From Coleofasciculus chthonoplastes F2-STO-03 (GTDB lineage Bacteria; Cyanobacteriota; Cyanobacteriia; Cyanobacteriales; Coleofasciculaceae): a stretch of 64,000 nucleotides of DNA. Below the pieces are notes generated by a model. The model saw only the letters and a list, made by a program, of their open reading frames with translations. It made no database searches and was not told the origin of the DNA. The stretch is from NCBI GenBank assembly GCA_040222015.1, contig JAVJWO010000195.1, positions 64,001 to 128,000 on the forward strand, written 5' to 3'. A program made the translations under genes and the position numbers. How positions within the stretch are numbered: the first letter of the stretch is position 1; each line of letters opens with the position of its first letter. This document shows positions 1 through 9,864 of the stretch, one piece after another.

Positions 1-83
1 TCAGTTGCAGATTGTACGGTCTCAGAAAGTACAAGTCTGCTATCAAAGAAGATCCGAGTTTATCCAGAAACAACGCTGGCTAA
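1..83 (+). CDS. tnpA: 3' end of IS607-family serine-recombinase transposase TnpA (runs off window start)
   Basis: Frame 3 reads SCRLYGLRKYKSAIKEDPSLSRNNAG*, resembling the FSCRLYGLRKYK C-terminal motif of IS607 TnpA; overlaps the start of tnpB. Not in the ORF track. Confidence 0.85.
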   Translation, partial: SCRLYGLRKYKSAIKEDPSLSRNNAG

Positions 84-941
84 AGCCTGGTTTCAGTGGA
101 TTTCGGCTGCACGATGGTGCTTTAATCAGGCAATAGCCATACTTAAGACCCAGAAAATTGGCAAATACGACCTCCGAAAAATGGTCATGGACATGGCTCC
201 ATCTTGGGTAAGTCAAACCCCTTATAACCCACGCCAACTGGCGGTATTTCAAGCCTTTGAAGCACATAAAGCGGCAAGGAAGTCGGGGGGAGATGCTCAA
301 TTCAGATCTGTGCGTGAACCCGTTAAATCCATTCGGTTTCAAAAGGACAATTGGAAGAAGGGAGCGTTTTACCCGACACAGACCAAGGGATTAAGCTTTA
401 AGGCAAGTGAGCCAATCATCGATAAAATGCAGCATGAACCTGCCTTGGTCTTGGACAGAGGGCGCTGGTTTATTTGTTATGCCATAGACGCGCCTAAGCC
501 CGAACCTTTGGATAGCCAACTGGCTATCGCCCTTGACCCTGGCGTGAGAACATTCTTGACCGGGTTCGACGGTTCTGAAGTCTGGGAGGTTGGCAAGTAT
601 GACATAGGGCGCATTTATCGGTTAGCCAGTCACCTTGATCGGTTGATGTCTCGAATCGGTCTATCTAAGGGACGCCAGTTTAAACACTTGCGGTATCAAG
701 AGTACACCAGTAAAACCTGTTCAAAATGTGGTCATGTTCACACAAAATTAGGAGGCAACAAACGATTCGTTTGTCCCTCCTGTGGTCATACTATTGGGCG
801 TGATATCAATGGCGCTTTCAACATTCTGTTGAAGGACTTTGAGAGATACCTCCACATCTGGTGTGATAGCTTCATTCCAGATTGTGCCATACTCAGAAAC
901 TTCCGGAGCCATACCAGATTTTTCCGGGTTAAATGTATCTG
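1..941 (+). mobile_element. Right part of an IS607-family element
   Basis: Overlapping tnpA/tnpB, short repeats near the end (CCATAC(T)CAGA x2, TTCCGG x2) and terminal TAAATGTATCTG. Exact end is inferred. Confidence 0.7.
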
Positions 942-942
942 A
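37..942 (+). pseudogene. tnpB: IS607-type TnpB, internally deleted and probably frameshifted
   Basis: N-terminal KKIRVYP, RuvC-I ALDPGVRTF, zinc ribbon CSKC..CPSC and RuvC-III RDING are present, but the sequence jumps from KHLRYQ straight to EYTSKTC, so the RuvC-II region is missing; tail appears shifted (KDFERY instead of KALRD). Confidence 0.8.
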
Positions 943-2371
943 TAACACCTGTAAGGGTTGAATCAGCCTCTTGTGTTTGGGCAGTTTCGTCCTCTGGCGG
1001 TAATCCTAAAACCTCTCGGTAGGTGCGGATATACTGTTTGGCTGATTTATCCCAACTGAAATTCTTACGCATACCGCGTTGCTGTAGTGTTGTCCATTGT
1101 TCTTTAAAGCGGAAACCTTCCCAAGCCCGTACCATACAGGTATAAAAGTCTAACGGTTCATAGCGGTCAAAACAGTAACCTGTCCCAGTTTGGCTAACAG
1201 GTTCATGGTGAAAAACCGTATCCACCAGACCCCCGGTGCGCCGGACAATGGGGACACAACCATAGCGCATAGAGAGCATTTGAGTAATGCCACAAGGTTC
1301 AAAGCGGGATGGCATTAGGAATGCATCACAACCCGCATAAATACGTCGGGACAGAGCATCACTATAAAGGAGTTGGACAGACATACGACCCCGATAGCGA
1401 GATGCCAATTGCCACATTTGGGTTTCGTAGTAGCGTTCACCAGATGCCAGCAATATAAATTGGGCATCGGTATAAGCTAAGAAGCGATCAATGACTTGTA
1501 ATAATAGGTCAATCCCCTTTTGCTCCACGAGGCGCGTGACCATGCCCATGAAAAAGGCATTGGAGTTGACTTCTAAGCCCACTTCTTCTTGCAAGGTCAC
1601 TTTGTTTTTGCGACGTAATTCCAGCGTATCGGCGCTGAATTTTTGCTCGATATATTTGTCGGTTTCTGGGTCATAACTATCCGTATCAATGCCATTAATA
1701 ATCCCGACGGTTTTACCACTAATGAAAGACATTAAGCCTTCTAGGGTTTCACCGTATTCAGCCGTGCGGATTTGTTCTGCATAAGTTGGCGACACGACAG
1801 TCACTCGATCCGCAAATTGTACCGCTGCTGCCAGCGTATTATGACCTTGCATATACCAGGGACACCAGGTTATCTGCTGTAAGCGCCAGCGCCAGGGACC
1901 TTGATACGCCAAGTTGTGAATCGTAAAGACGGTGGAAATATCCGGGGATTGATTCATCCACACCGGAATCATGCCTGTATGCCAATCGTGACAATGAATA
2001 ATTTGCGGTTTCCAGTAGTTCCAGGCAAACTCAGCCGCGCCATTAGCAAAGAGAGTAAATCGCCAGTCTTCATCCGCTCCGGCGTAAATATGGCGTCCTG
2101 AGAAGGCGAGATGACCAAACAGATAGAGGGGGACATCGGTTCCGGGTAATACCGTCTCATAGACAGCGAATGGCTCAAACATGGCAGATCCCCACCAGAC
2201 AGGTTCTTTGGGAATCTCCATCTTGTCGGGTAAAAAGCCGTAATACGGCATAAAAATCCGCACATCATGTCCCAAGCGCTTCAGGAACTTAGGCAATGCG
2301 CCCACGACATCCCCCATACCGCCGACTTTTGCCAGGGGCGCTACCTCTGCGGCAACAAACAGAATATTCAT
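929..2371 (-). CDS. glgA: Glycogen synthase
   Basis: [11 protein letters not shown]-glucose motif, [21 protein letters not shown]. Confidence 0.97.
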   Translation of the reverse strand: MNILFVAAEVAPLAKVGGMGDVVGALPKFLKRLGHDVRIFMPYYGFLPDKMEIPKEPVWWGSAMFEPFAVYETVLPGTDVPLYLFGHLAFSGRHIYAGADEDWRFTLFANGAAEFAWNYWKPQIIHCHDWHTGMIPVWMNQSPDISTVFTIHNLAYQGPWRWRLQQITWCPWYMQGHNTLAAAVQFADRVTVVSPTYAEQIRTAEYGETLEGLMSFISGKTVGIINGIDTDSYDPETDKYIEQKFSADTLELRRKNKVTLQEEVGLEVNSNAFFMGMVTRLVEQKGIDLLLQVIDRFLAYTDAQFILLASGERYYETQMWQLASRYRGRMSVQLLYSDALSRRIYAGCDAFLMPSRFEPCGITQMLSMRYGCVPIVRRTGGLVDTVFHHEPVSQTGTGYCFDRYEPLDFYTCMVRAWEGFRFKEQWTTLQQRGMRKNFSWDKSAKQYIRTYREVLGLPPEDETAQTQEADSTLTGVIRYI

Positions 2372-2548
2372 AATGATGGTTGTGTACGATGAAGTCTCAA
2401 GTAGTAATACTATCCTTCAGAGGGACGTTTACAATGACGAATCCTTGAATTCGGGGCATTTTTGCGTCAATGTGGGGAGATAGGATGCTCCGTGCGATCG
2501 CCCGTGTCAGGTGTAAGATGGGAACCGATGGCGGACGCGATCGCATCC

Positions 2549-3505
2549 CTAACCTTCCATCACCTGATTAAACCGATCTCTCCCCGCATGATAATCTTTA
2601 CTTTCATACCCCATAACATGCCGGACAATCCACTTTTGTGATCTGCCATCCTCCATCAGTAAACGAATCGCCTTCCTCAACACCTGCTCCTGATCAATAA
2701 ACCGTTCAACAAACCAGTTTTCGGTTTCCGCAAATCCCCGCTTATCATTTTCAGCACTGCGATTCAGATAAAAGGCGGCTAATAATGCTTTAAATGATTT
2801 GCCTAAAACTTTCTCATTTCCCAAATTTAGCGCCGTCAACTCTTCAGTCGTGATTTGATTGATAAAGTTGGATTGATTCTCTTTAGAGGTCAATTCCTTA
2901 AATAAGTCATTTAAATTGCCCACTTTAACATTGGGAAGATAGCCATACAAATAATCCGCAACTATCCCCTTCAATACCGCATCTCCCAGAAATCTTAACT
3001 GTTTATTCGGTGACGAACGCTCTTTTATCTTTTTTAAATGACGCTCCAGCAAGGGCGCAATCAACTGCTTAACTAACCAATTCCGCGCCTGAGAAAACCC
3101 CCGATCCTGATGAATCGCCCCAACTAACGCTATCAATGCTTCTTCAAAGGGATTATGATTTTGTAAACGCAAGCGATGCCGTTCTTGCGTCAGTCCCAGA
3201 AACGGATACCCTTCGCCTAACCCCAATTTATCCCACAGTTTGGTTAACCGTTGTCCTTCGACTAACTTGTCCCGTAAGCCTTTAAAATTACTCACCTCTA
3301 AATAGGGACAGTTGTGATATAAATAGTCAGTAATTACCAGATTAAAAATAGCATTTCCCATAAATTTTAATCGCTCATTATTCTGTTCAGATTCTCCAAT
3401 TTGTTCAGCATAAGAACGATGCATCAAAGCAAGTCTAAGCAGATCACTATGCTTAAACTGAATACCGATTTGGCTTTCTAAAGATTCAGGATTCCATTCC
3501 ATCAT
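2549..3505 (-). CDS. RNase III-family protein with two degenerate RNase III domains and no dsRBD
   Basis: LALMHRSY...NNERLKFMGNA and NKQLRFLGDA signature-like motifs. Confidence 0.85.
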   Translation of the reverse strand: MMEWNPESLESQIGIQFKHSDLLRLALMHRSYAEQIGESEQNNERLKFMGNAIFNLVITDYLYHNCPYLEVSNFKGLRDKLVEGQRLTKLWDKLGLGEGYPFLGLTQERHRLRLQNHNPFEEALIALVGAIHQDRGFSQARNWLVKQLIAPLLERHLKKIKERSSPNKQLRFLGDAVLKGIVADYLYGYLPNVKVGNLNDLFKELTSKENQSNFINQITTEELTALNLGNEKVLGKSFKALLAAFYLNRSAENDKRGFAETENWFVERFIDQEQVLRKAIRLLMEDGRSQKWIVRHVMGYESKDYHAGRDRFNQVMEG

Positions 3506-3515
3506 TTTTACAGGA

Positions 3516-4010
3516 TTAAGACGTTTTAACAGTAGATGATTGCACCGTCAGGACTGAACAGGGAGCATGGTGAAGAACGTAATTACTGGCACTCCCCAAA
3601 ATTAACTCCGAAAGCCCCGACAAACCCCGATGACCAATGATAATGAGATCAGCTTGCCAATTCTTCGCCACCTTACAGATGGTTTCCCCCGGACTTCCTG
3701 GCACCTGGGTAAACTCCGCCATGACACCAGCCGCCGTAGCGTCACCTGTGCGCGATCGCAAAATCTCCAGACATTCGCTTTCAAATTCGTCCCACTGCTT
3801 GCGGTAGGCAATATTCACATCATCTAATCGCCACGGATAGTAGTCTGCCTCGGAAAATCCTGGCATACCCGGACTCGTGTCTTCCTCCGGAGACAGAACA
3901 TGCAACAGTAATAGATGACCCTTGAGCGCTTTGGCTAACTCTAGGGCTTGATCAAAAACATGATCACCCATACCAGAGGTATCTATGGCAACAAGCATTT
4001 TTTCAAACAT
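3516..4010 (-). CDS. Universal stress protein (UspA family)
   Basis: MFEKMLVAID start; ADLIIIGHRG...LGSASNYVLHHAPCSVL. Confidence 0.93.
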   Translation of the reverse strand: MFEKMLVAIDTSGMGDHVFDQALELAKALKGHLLLLHVLSPEEDTSPGMPGFSEADYYPWRLDDVNIAYRKQWDEFESECLEILRSRTGDATAAGVMAEFTQVPGSPGETICKVAKNWQADLIIIGHRGLSGLSELILGSASNYVLHHAPCSVLTVQSSTVKTS

Positions 4011-4299
4011 AACCACTTTCTCCAAAACCCTGGTAAATAGTAGGGTTGTTACCCCTCTGACAATGGTATAATGAATGTCAACTCTGGATAGTGCCGCTCG
4101 ATTTCGGCAAAGCCCTAGCTTATAGATACTAATTCTAATCTAGCGATTGTGTCGGAATCTGGCTCGAAAATATACAGAATAATTAATTTTTGTGAAAATC
4201 TAGATACCAGAAACATCTCAGGTTTCACAGAAACTTTTGCAGCCAATACAAATCCGAGACTTAACCTGGAAACCAAAGGCTGAGAGAGGGAAAAATTTC

Positions 4300-5403
4300 A
4301 TGAGTTTAAATGCCCGCTTTGCCGTAATCAGTGACTTACACATCGCCCTGCCCCAAACTATTTGGGATATTCCCAACCGCTTCCATTTAGTGGAAATCAG
4401 TATCCCTGCCCTAGAGTTAGTATTCAATCATTTAGAACAGCTTAATCTAGATTTTCTCCTACTTCCAGGAGACTTAACCCAGCACGGCGAACCGACGAAC
4501 CATGACTGGCTACAAAGGCGATTGTCCCAGCTACCCTACCCGGTTTACGTTGTACCTGGTAATCATGATGTCCCCACGCTATTACCTGATGAACGTTCGA
4601 TTGGATTAAAGGAGTTTCCCCACTACTATCGTCAATTTGGCTATAACAATCCAGATCAACTCTACTACACCTATGAAATTTTCCCTGGTGTGCAGCTTAT
4701 TAGTTTAAATTCCAACCAATTTGACCAGATGGGTAAACAACTCGGTTGTCTCGATGCACCCCAATTGGCATGGCTTGAGGATGTACTTGCCCAGACTAAG
4801 GATAAGTTGATTGTGGTCATGGTACATCACAATGTTATTGAACATCTACCGGATCAAGCCAAGCATCCATTGGGACGCCGCTATATGCTGGATAATGCCC
4901 CCGCCCTGTTAAATCTGCTCAAAGCGGCTGGGGTGAATTTGATTTTTACGGGTCATCTTCATGTCCAGGATATCGCCTATCACCAGGGAATCTATGATAT
5001 TACCACTGGATCATTAGTCAGCTATCCCCATCCCTACCGAGTCTTAGAACTGCGAACCGATAATTTAGGAAATCGCTGGTTACAGATAGAATCCCATCAC
5101 ATCACCTCTGTACCCGGTTGGGAGAATTTGCCGGAAATTTCGCGAAAATGGATGGGCGATCGCTCTTATCCGTTTATGGTAAAGTTACTAACAGCTCCAC
5201 CGTTATGTTTACCCCGACACGACGCCGATAAACTTGCCCCCAGTTTACGTAACTTTTGGGCAGATATTGCTGTGGGTGACACCTATTTTGATTTTCCCGA
5301 TTTCCCTCTGCCTGTCCGTCGCTATTTCCAAACGTTCAGCGCGATGGATAATCAGGGTAAGCCGGCTTTTATCGATAATCATACAACATTACTCTTGGAG
5401 TAA
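4300..5403 (+). CDS. Calcineurin-like metallophosphoesterase
   Basis: SDLH, GDLT, PGNHD, HH and GHLH motifs. Confidence 0.93.
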   Translation: MSLNARFAVISDLHIALPQTIWDIPNRFHLVEISIPALELVFNHLEQLNLDFLLLPGDLTQHGEPTNHDWLQRRLSQLPYPVYVVPGNHDVPTLLPDERSIGLKEFPHYYRQFGYNNPDQLYYTYEIFPGVQLISLNSNQFDQMGKQLGCLDAPQLAWLEDVLAQTKDKLIVVMVHHNVIEHLPDQAKHPLGRRYMLDNAPALLNLLKAAGVNLIFTGHLHVQDIAYHQGIYDITTGSLVSYPHPYRVLELRTDNLGNRWLQIESHHITSVPGWENLPEISRKWMGDRSYPFMVKLLTAPPLCLPRHDADKLAPSLRNFWADIAVGDTYFDFPDFPLPVRRYFQTFSAMDNQGKPAFIDNHTTLLLE

Positions 5404-5514
5404 TGCCCTTTTTGCCCTGGCGACTGAAGTCGCGGAACCACACAAACAAAGTCCGCCTACGCGGACTGAACTATAAAGGGGGTACTAAAAGCAAAACGCT
5501 TTATCAGCGAGTCT

Positions 5515-5946
5515 TTAGCCACAAGAGATCAGGACGCGATCGCACGTTAATAAACTAGCATAGCCCTGCGTCTTGGCAACGGGTGGTATCTCTGGGGAAA
5601 TGGCTTCCAGACATTTCAACCTAATTTTGTCCAGGAATGGCAAGACAGAGGCGACATATTGTTTTTGATGCTTCGTGTGATCAAATTTAATCGCCTTCCG
5701 CAGATGTTCTAACTGTTCCCAAGTTGAGCATTTTTGCAGGTGACAGGCTACAGCATTTTTCCTTTGTTCCATTTGGCGATAACTGATAAATTGTCCGCCT
5801 TTGTCCAAGCGGTGAACGAATATAACATAAAGCCAGGATTCAACTTTAACAATTAGGGATTTGGAAATTCCCAGGAATTGGGCGATTTGGCGTTTGGTGA
5901 TGCGGAACTTTTGTGCGGGGTTAATACGGCGGAATAAGGCAGTCAT
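5515..5946 (-). CDS. Hypothetical protein (possible phage/plasmid-derived)
   Basis: 143-aa ORF, N-terminal ITKRQIAQFLGIS is HTH-like. Confidence 0.6.
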   Translation of the reverse strand: MTALFRRINPAQKFRITKRQIAQFLGISKSLIVKVESWLYVIFVHRLDKGGQFISYRQMEQRKNAVACHLQKCSTWEQLEHLRKAIKFDHTKHQKQYVASVLPFLDKIRLKCLEAISPEIPPVAKTQGYASLLTCDRVLISCG

Positions 5947-6007
5947 TGGATTTTAGATTTTAATTTTTAACCCTGAGCGAAGTCGAAGGGTTGAATAGGT
6001 GGATGGG

Positions 6008-6163
6008 TCATCGTTTTTGGGCGGGATTAAGGGCTGTGAAAACGTTGCCAGTTGACCGTTTCCGGCGTTGGCGCTGGTAATCACCGTCAGGAGGAAAAAC
6101 GGTGCGAATGGCAGCAAATTGTGGCGCGACAGCGAGTGCCGAGCTTGCGTTTAATTTCTTCAT
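6008..6163 (-). CDS. Small basic hypothetical peptide (about 51 aa)
   Basis: ATG at 6163, directly upstream of and co-oriented with 5515-5946; ends in ALNPAQKR. Confidence 0.4.
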   Translation of the reverse strand: MKKLNASSALAVAPQFAAIRTVFPPDGDYQRQRRKRSTGNVFTALNPAQKR

Positions 6164-6418
6164 AGGGTATGTATGGATAGACTGAGTGCGATCGCCCTTT
6201 TGCGGCATCGCTTTTTGGTCATATAAGATAAGATGTCTAATGCGTAAGCTATCTAGACAGCCAGACGAAACCTAGCCAATGGCTAAACTAACCGTTGGGC
6301 TAGCTAGCCAATGGATAGGGTAGACGTTAGGTTTGCGAGTCCTAACAGGTGAAGGAAATGGACAAGTTAATCGAAGGTCTAAGCCGACTCCTCGATTCGC
6401 CTGTCTTTTTCTATGTCC

Positions 6419-6448
6419 ATATTAATTAAGTCAACTTAAAATTGTCAA
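6419..6448 (-). promoter_or_regulatory. Putative sigma70-type promoter
   Basis: TTGACA-18 nt-TAATAT on the minus strand, divergent from the HTH gene. Confidence 0.5.
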
Positions 6449-6485
6449 CTAATTTGCTTCAAGTTACAAAACATGAGAATATGAC

Positions 6486-6713
6486 ATGGTAAAGGACGGA
6501 AAACGAATCACATTTGCATACTTGAGAGAGCGTGCGGGTTTAACCCAGCGCGAGATCTCCATTGCAATGGATGTAACCGTTACGACTGTTTCCCAGTGGG
6601 AGACGGGCGCACGAAGACCGCGTTTGTTTCCAGAGCAAATTCAGAAATTATTACAGGTACTCGACTGCACCCTTGAGGAATTCGTCGAAGCGTTTAGCCA
6701 AAATGAGCAGTGA
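6486..6713 (+). CDS. XRE/Cro-CI helix-turn-helix regulator
   Basis: LRERAGLTQREISIAMDVTVTTVSQWETGARRP is a classic HTH_3 pattern. Confidence 0.92.
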   Translation: MVKDGKRITFAYLRERAGLTQREISIAMDVTVTTVSQWETGARRPRLFPEQIQKLLQVLDCTLEEFVEAFSQNEQ

Positions 6714-6894
6714 AAGCCGGATTTACCCAAAAATCCCACTCCTTTAAAATGATGGTTGACTAATACTTGCCTTTCCCAAACAGATTTGGTGTGTAATGGC
6801 GCTTCTCCTGGCTTCTGAGTCGTCAAGTTGAGCTAGCGCTAAAAGATTACAAATAGTCTACTAATTGAAAAAAAATAAAAAAGGAATTAAAGTC

Positions 6895-7158
6895 ATGAAA
6901 CAATTTTGGTTAGAAGATTGGCTAGACGGTTTACCTTATACTGTGATGGCAATAATTATTTCATTATTGGCAATTTTAAATTCAAATTTAGGATGGTTTG
7001 TAAATATAGTCGTTACAGTTTGGAGTATAGGTTTTTTAATATCTAACCTTGATAAGTATAAAAAGACGCACTTTCCTGATTACGCAAATGGGTCGGAAAA
7101 AGGCTTTGGTTACTTACTGAGTGCTGTTCTTGCTTGGTTTGTGATTTTAAGTCTTTAG
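6895..7158 (+). CDS. Small AT-rich membrane protein
   Basis: About three hydrophobic segments; AAGGA RBS before ATG 6895. Confidence 0.6.
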   Translation: MKQFWLEDWLDGLPYTVMAIIISLLAILNSNLGWFVNIVVTVWSIGFLISNLDKYKKTHFPDYANGSEKGFGYLLSAVLAWFVILSL

Positions 7159-7486
7159 TTGGGCGAAAACTATAGCCATTTATATCAACCCTCGTAACTA
7201 TCCCCAATCAATCCTTGGGAGCGATCGCCACCCAAAACCCCAGCTCATTTAATAGTTCGACAGTGGATAAATTTGCGGGTAAATCTTAAAATTCCCCAAA
7301 TACTGTTGTTGGTGGGTTACGGCGGATATTGAATTAAACAGTTATGTTGCCGATTGAGTTTCCGCCTAACCCACGATGGCGGCGTGGCACACCTTAATTG
7401 GTGAATTAGCATTGTAGGAGCGCAAGGCTTGCGCCCGGTTTAAACGTTAAATCTATTCCACAATTTTAGTTGTGTCAGTCCACTAC

Positions 7487-7666
7487 TAAGTAGGTTGGTG
7501 GAAATAAACTTAACTAGATTAAGTTATGTAAACAAGCCTCAAACCCTTACTGTTCCCTGTTCCCTGTTCCCTGTTCCCTGTTCCCTGTTCCCTGTTCCCT
7601 GTTCCCTGTTCCCTGTTCCCTGTTCCCTAATCTCCACCGCTAACTTTAATTGTATCCACCTACTTA
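7487..7666. mobile_element. MITE with TAAGTAGG(T)TGG terminal inverted repeats containing a (CCTGTTC)n array
   Basis: TAAGTAGGTTGGTGGAAATAAA ... TTTAATTGTATCCACCTACTTA; heptamer array about 7550-7627; extra solo ends near 7717-7737 and 18307. Confidence 0.75.
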
Positions 7667-7734
7667 ACTACAAATGACGAATGACATAAGACAAATGACG
7701 ATTTCCACAGTTAGCTTTTATTGTGTCCACCTAC

Positions 7735-8997
7735 TTAGGGTTGCCGACAAATGCCAAATACTGACGTGTAGCCGTGTAAAAATGTCCTCCCGCCAACGGG
7801 TCCAATCTCGCCATTACAGAAAAAACCGCCAACGGAAATATTATTGATATAGCGACACAAGAGTTGGGAATCAAAATCGGGTTTGCCATACAATCCTTGA
7901 CCCCGCCCTAAACAGGAAAACATTAATGCACCCGCCGTTTCTGGGGTGGAATTGACTTGGTTTTGATAATTCTGTAAAAGTAATTCTAAATCTTCCTCAG
8001 AGGTGCGAGCGTCTCGCAGATGGAACTGAATCCGTTGACCAGGGCGCACCCGATCGCCGATCGCGATCGCACCCAGTCTGGGATCAACGCCCAACAGATT
8101 GCGAATCAGGAAATCCCCTTGACCCAGACTTTGCTTAAATTCATCACGGGCAATGCCAATAAATAGGGAATGTTGCGCCAATTCGCGATCGCTCTCACTC
8201 AGGTTTTGAATTACGTCACGCAGCACAGCTAGCGGCGGCTGGGATTCCACCTCACTGAAGCTCATCCCGTTACTATCCGCTAGTTCCAGTACAATATTTC
8301 GTTCGCCTTTGGTGATTTGATAAGGTTGACCAATGGGACGACAGCCTTGGGAAACAATTGGGTCTAGTACCACATTCCCACTTAACGCCACGCCGATTGT
8401 ACCTTCTCGATGTAGCGTACCTCCAGAGTATCGTTCCGAATCACGATAAAATAACCCACTCTGAACTCCCATGGCACTGGCACTGGCTAATCCTCCCACC
8501 TTAACCGAACCCGGATAGGCAAAATCTAGCCCTTGTAACAAATCATTGATTTTCGAGGAAAAGGGATCGGCTAATAAGATGAAATGGGGTTGATCTTGGG
8601 GGGAAACACCAATTAAATCCACCCAAGTACTGGGTGAACTATCCAAGTCCGGCAAATCACTTCCCGGAATATGAAACGCCCGCACTGAAACTTCTGGCAT
8701 ACTTGCCAAACTAATTGATATAGCGGGTTCTGCTTCAATTTCTTGAGGTTGCCCTTGGACATTCATCCCAATCACGCCACCTCCCCCACAACCAATGATC
8801 ACGGGTACAGATAACCGTTCTTGTAGCAGGGGCATTAATCGGGAATACTCGCTGGCATAAGCTGAAGAGATGAACACCAAACCCAAATCCGCAGGCATCG
8901 ACAAGGATTGTTCCAGACGCTCTACCACCTCCGCGATCGCTGTTTCCAATGACGGACGAGTTGATAAGGCATTTACCCACTTCATCAAATTTGCCAT
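7735..8997 (-). CDS. FIST N/C signal-transduction protein
   Basis: GGLAS, SQGCRPIG, FSCLGRG, GFFCNGEIGP, HGYTS motifs. Confidence 0.93.
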   Translation of the reverse strand: MANLMKWVNALSTRPSLETAIAEVVERLEQSLSMPADLGLVFISSAYASEYSRLMPLLQERLSVPVIIGCGGGGVIGMNVQGQPQEIEAEPAISISLASMPEVSVRAFHIPGSDLPDLDSSPSTWVDLIGVSPQDQPHFILLADPFSSKINDLLQGLDFAYPGSVKVGGLASASAMGVQSGLFYRDSERYSGGTLHREGTIGVALSGNVVLDPIVSQGCRPIGQPYQITKGERNIVLELADSNGMSFSEVESQPPLAVLRDVIQNLSESDRELAQHSLFIGIARDEFKQSLGQGDFLIRNLLGVDPRLGAIAIGDRVRPGQRIQFHLRDARTSEEDLELLLQNYQNQVNSTPETAGALMFSCLGRGQGLYGKPDFDSQLLCRYINNISVGGFFCNGEIGPVGGRTFLHGYTSVFGICRQP

Positions 8998-9377
8998 GAC
9001 TTTTACTGAGGTTTTCCCTGGGTAGGGTTTTTTCGGGTTGGCTACAGGTGCAAAGCCTTATGATAACTCCAATTTGGCTAACTCCCAAGGGACTGGGGTC
9101 AGAACGCAGGGAAGCCAAGGTGGAGGGGAGGAGAAGAAATGAGATTTTACGATATTTCTAGGCTTGGGGGATAAATACTGCTAAACAGCCCCTACTTCCG
9201 GTAGTCAAGTAGATCGTGTAGAATTGTAAACAGCGTATCGGCTTCTGCGAAACGCTAAACTATAGAATCTTAATGATCTCTAAGTACCGACTTGGATATA
9301 TTTCAGGGCGGTCAACACCAAATAAATAGGCGTTCTGTACAATACATTAGTGCAGTAATCAGGAAAAAAGGAAAGCC

Positions 9378-9602
9378 ATGAGTGATATTCAAGAACAAAT
9401 TGATCGGGAGCGTCAGCAAGCTAGAACTGTTTGTGACGCTCAAGGCGCAGAGTCCCCAGACTGTGCGGTAGCTTGGGATTCTGTAGAAGAATTACAAGCT
9501 GAGGCAGCACATCAGAAGCAAAAAGGCACAAAGAAAACCTCCTTCGAGAAGTATTGCGAAGAAAATCCTGATGCAGATGAGTGCCGCGTCTACGACGAAT
9601 AA
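9378..9602 (+). CDS. cp12: Calvin-cycle regulator CP12
   Basis: CAVAWDSVEEL core and YCEENPDADECRVYD C-terminus; four Cys. Confidence 0.96.
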   Translation: MSDIQEQIDRERQQARTVCDAQGAESPDCAVAWDSVEELQAEAAHQKQKGTKKTSFEKYCEENPDADECRVYDE

Positions 9603-9660
9603 TGACTCTTCATCTGCTATCCGTGCATATTTTGTATGGATGAATTCAGTGAATCAGTTT

Positions 9661-9701
9661 GGTGGCTGGAACTCCTTCGGGTGATTCCGGCTGCTTTTTT
9701 T
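9661..9701 (+). terminator. Rho-independent terminator after cp12
   Basis: GGTGGCTGGAA...TTCCGGCTGCT hairpin followed by a T run. Confidence 0.7.
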
Positions 9702-9864
9702 GTTCCTGAGAACCCCTTGTCCAGGACACTAGTACACCCGTCCAGTAATTGAAATCGATAATATTCCCGAAGCGGAAATGGCAAGATTACCGTACAATTT
9801 GGGAGGTGAACCGATCGCGGTGTCACTATATTGTTAAATCAAAGGAACTCGTCGGCTATTAGCT

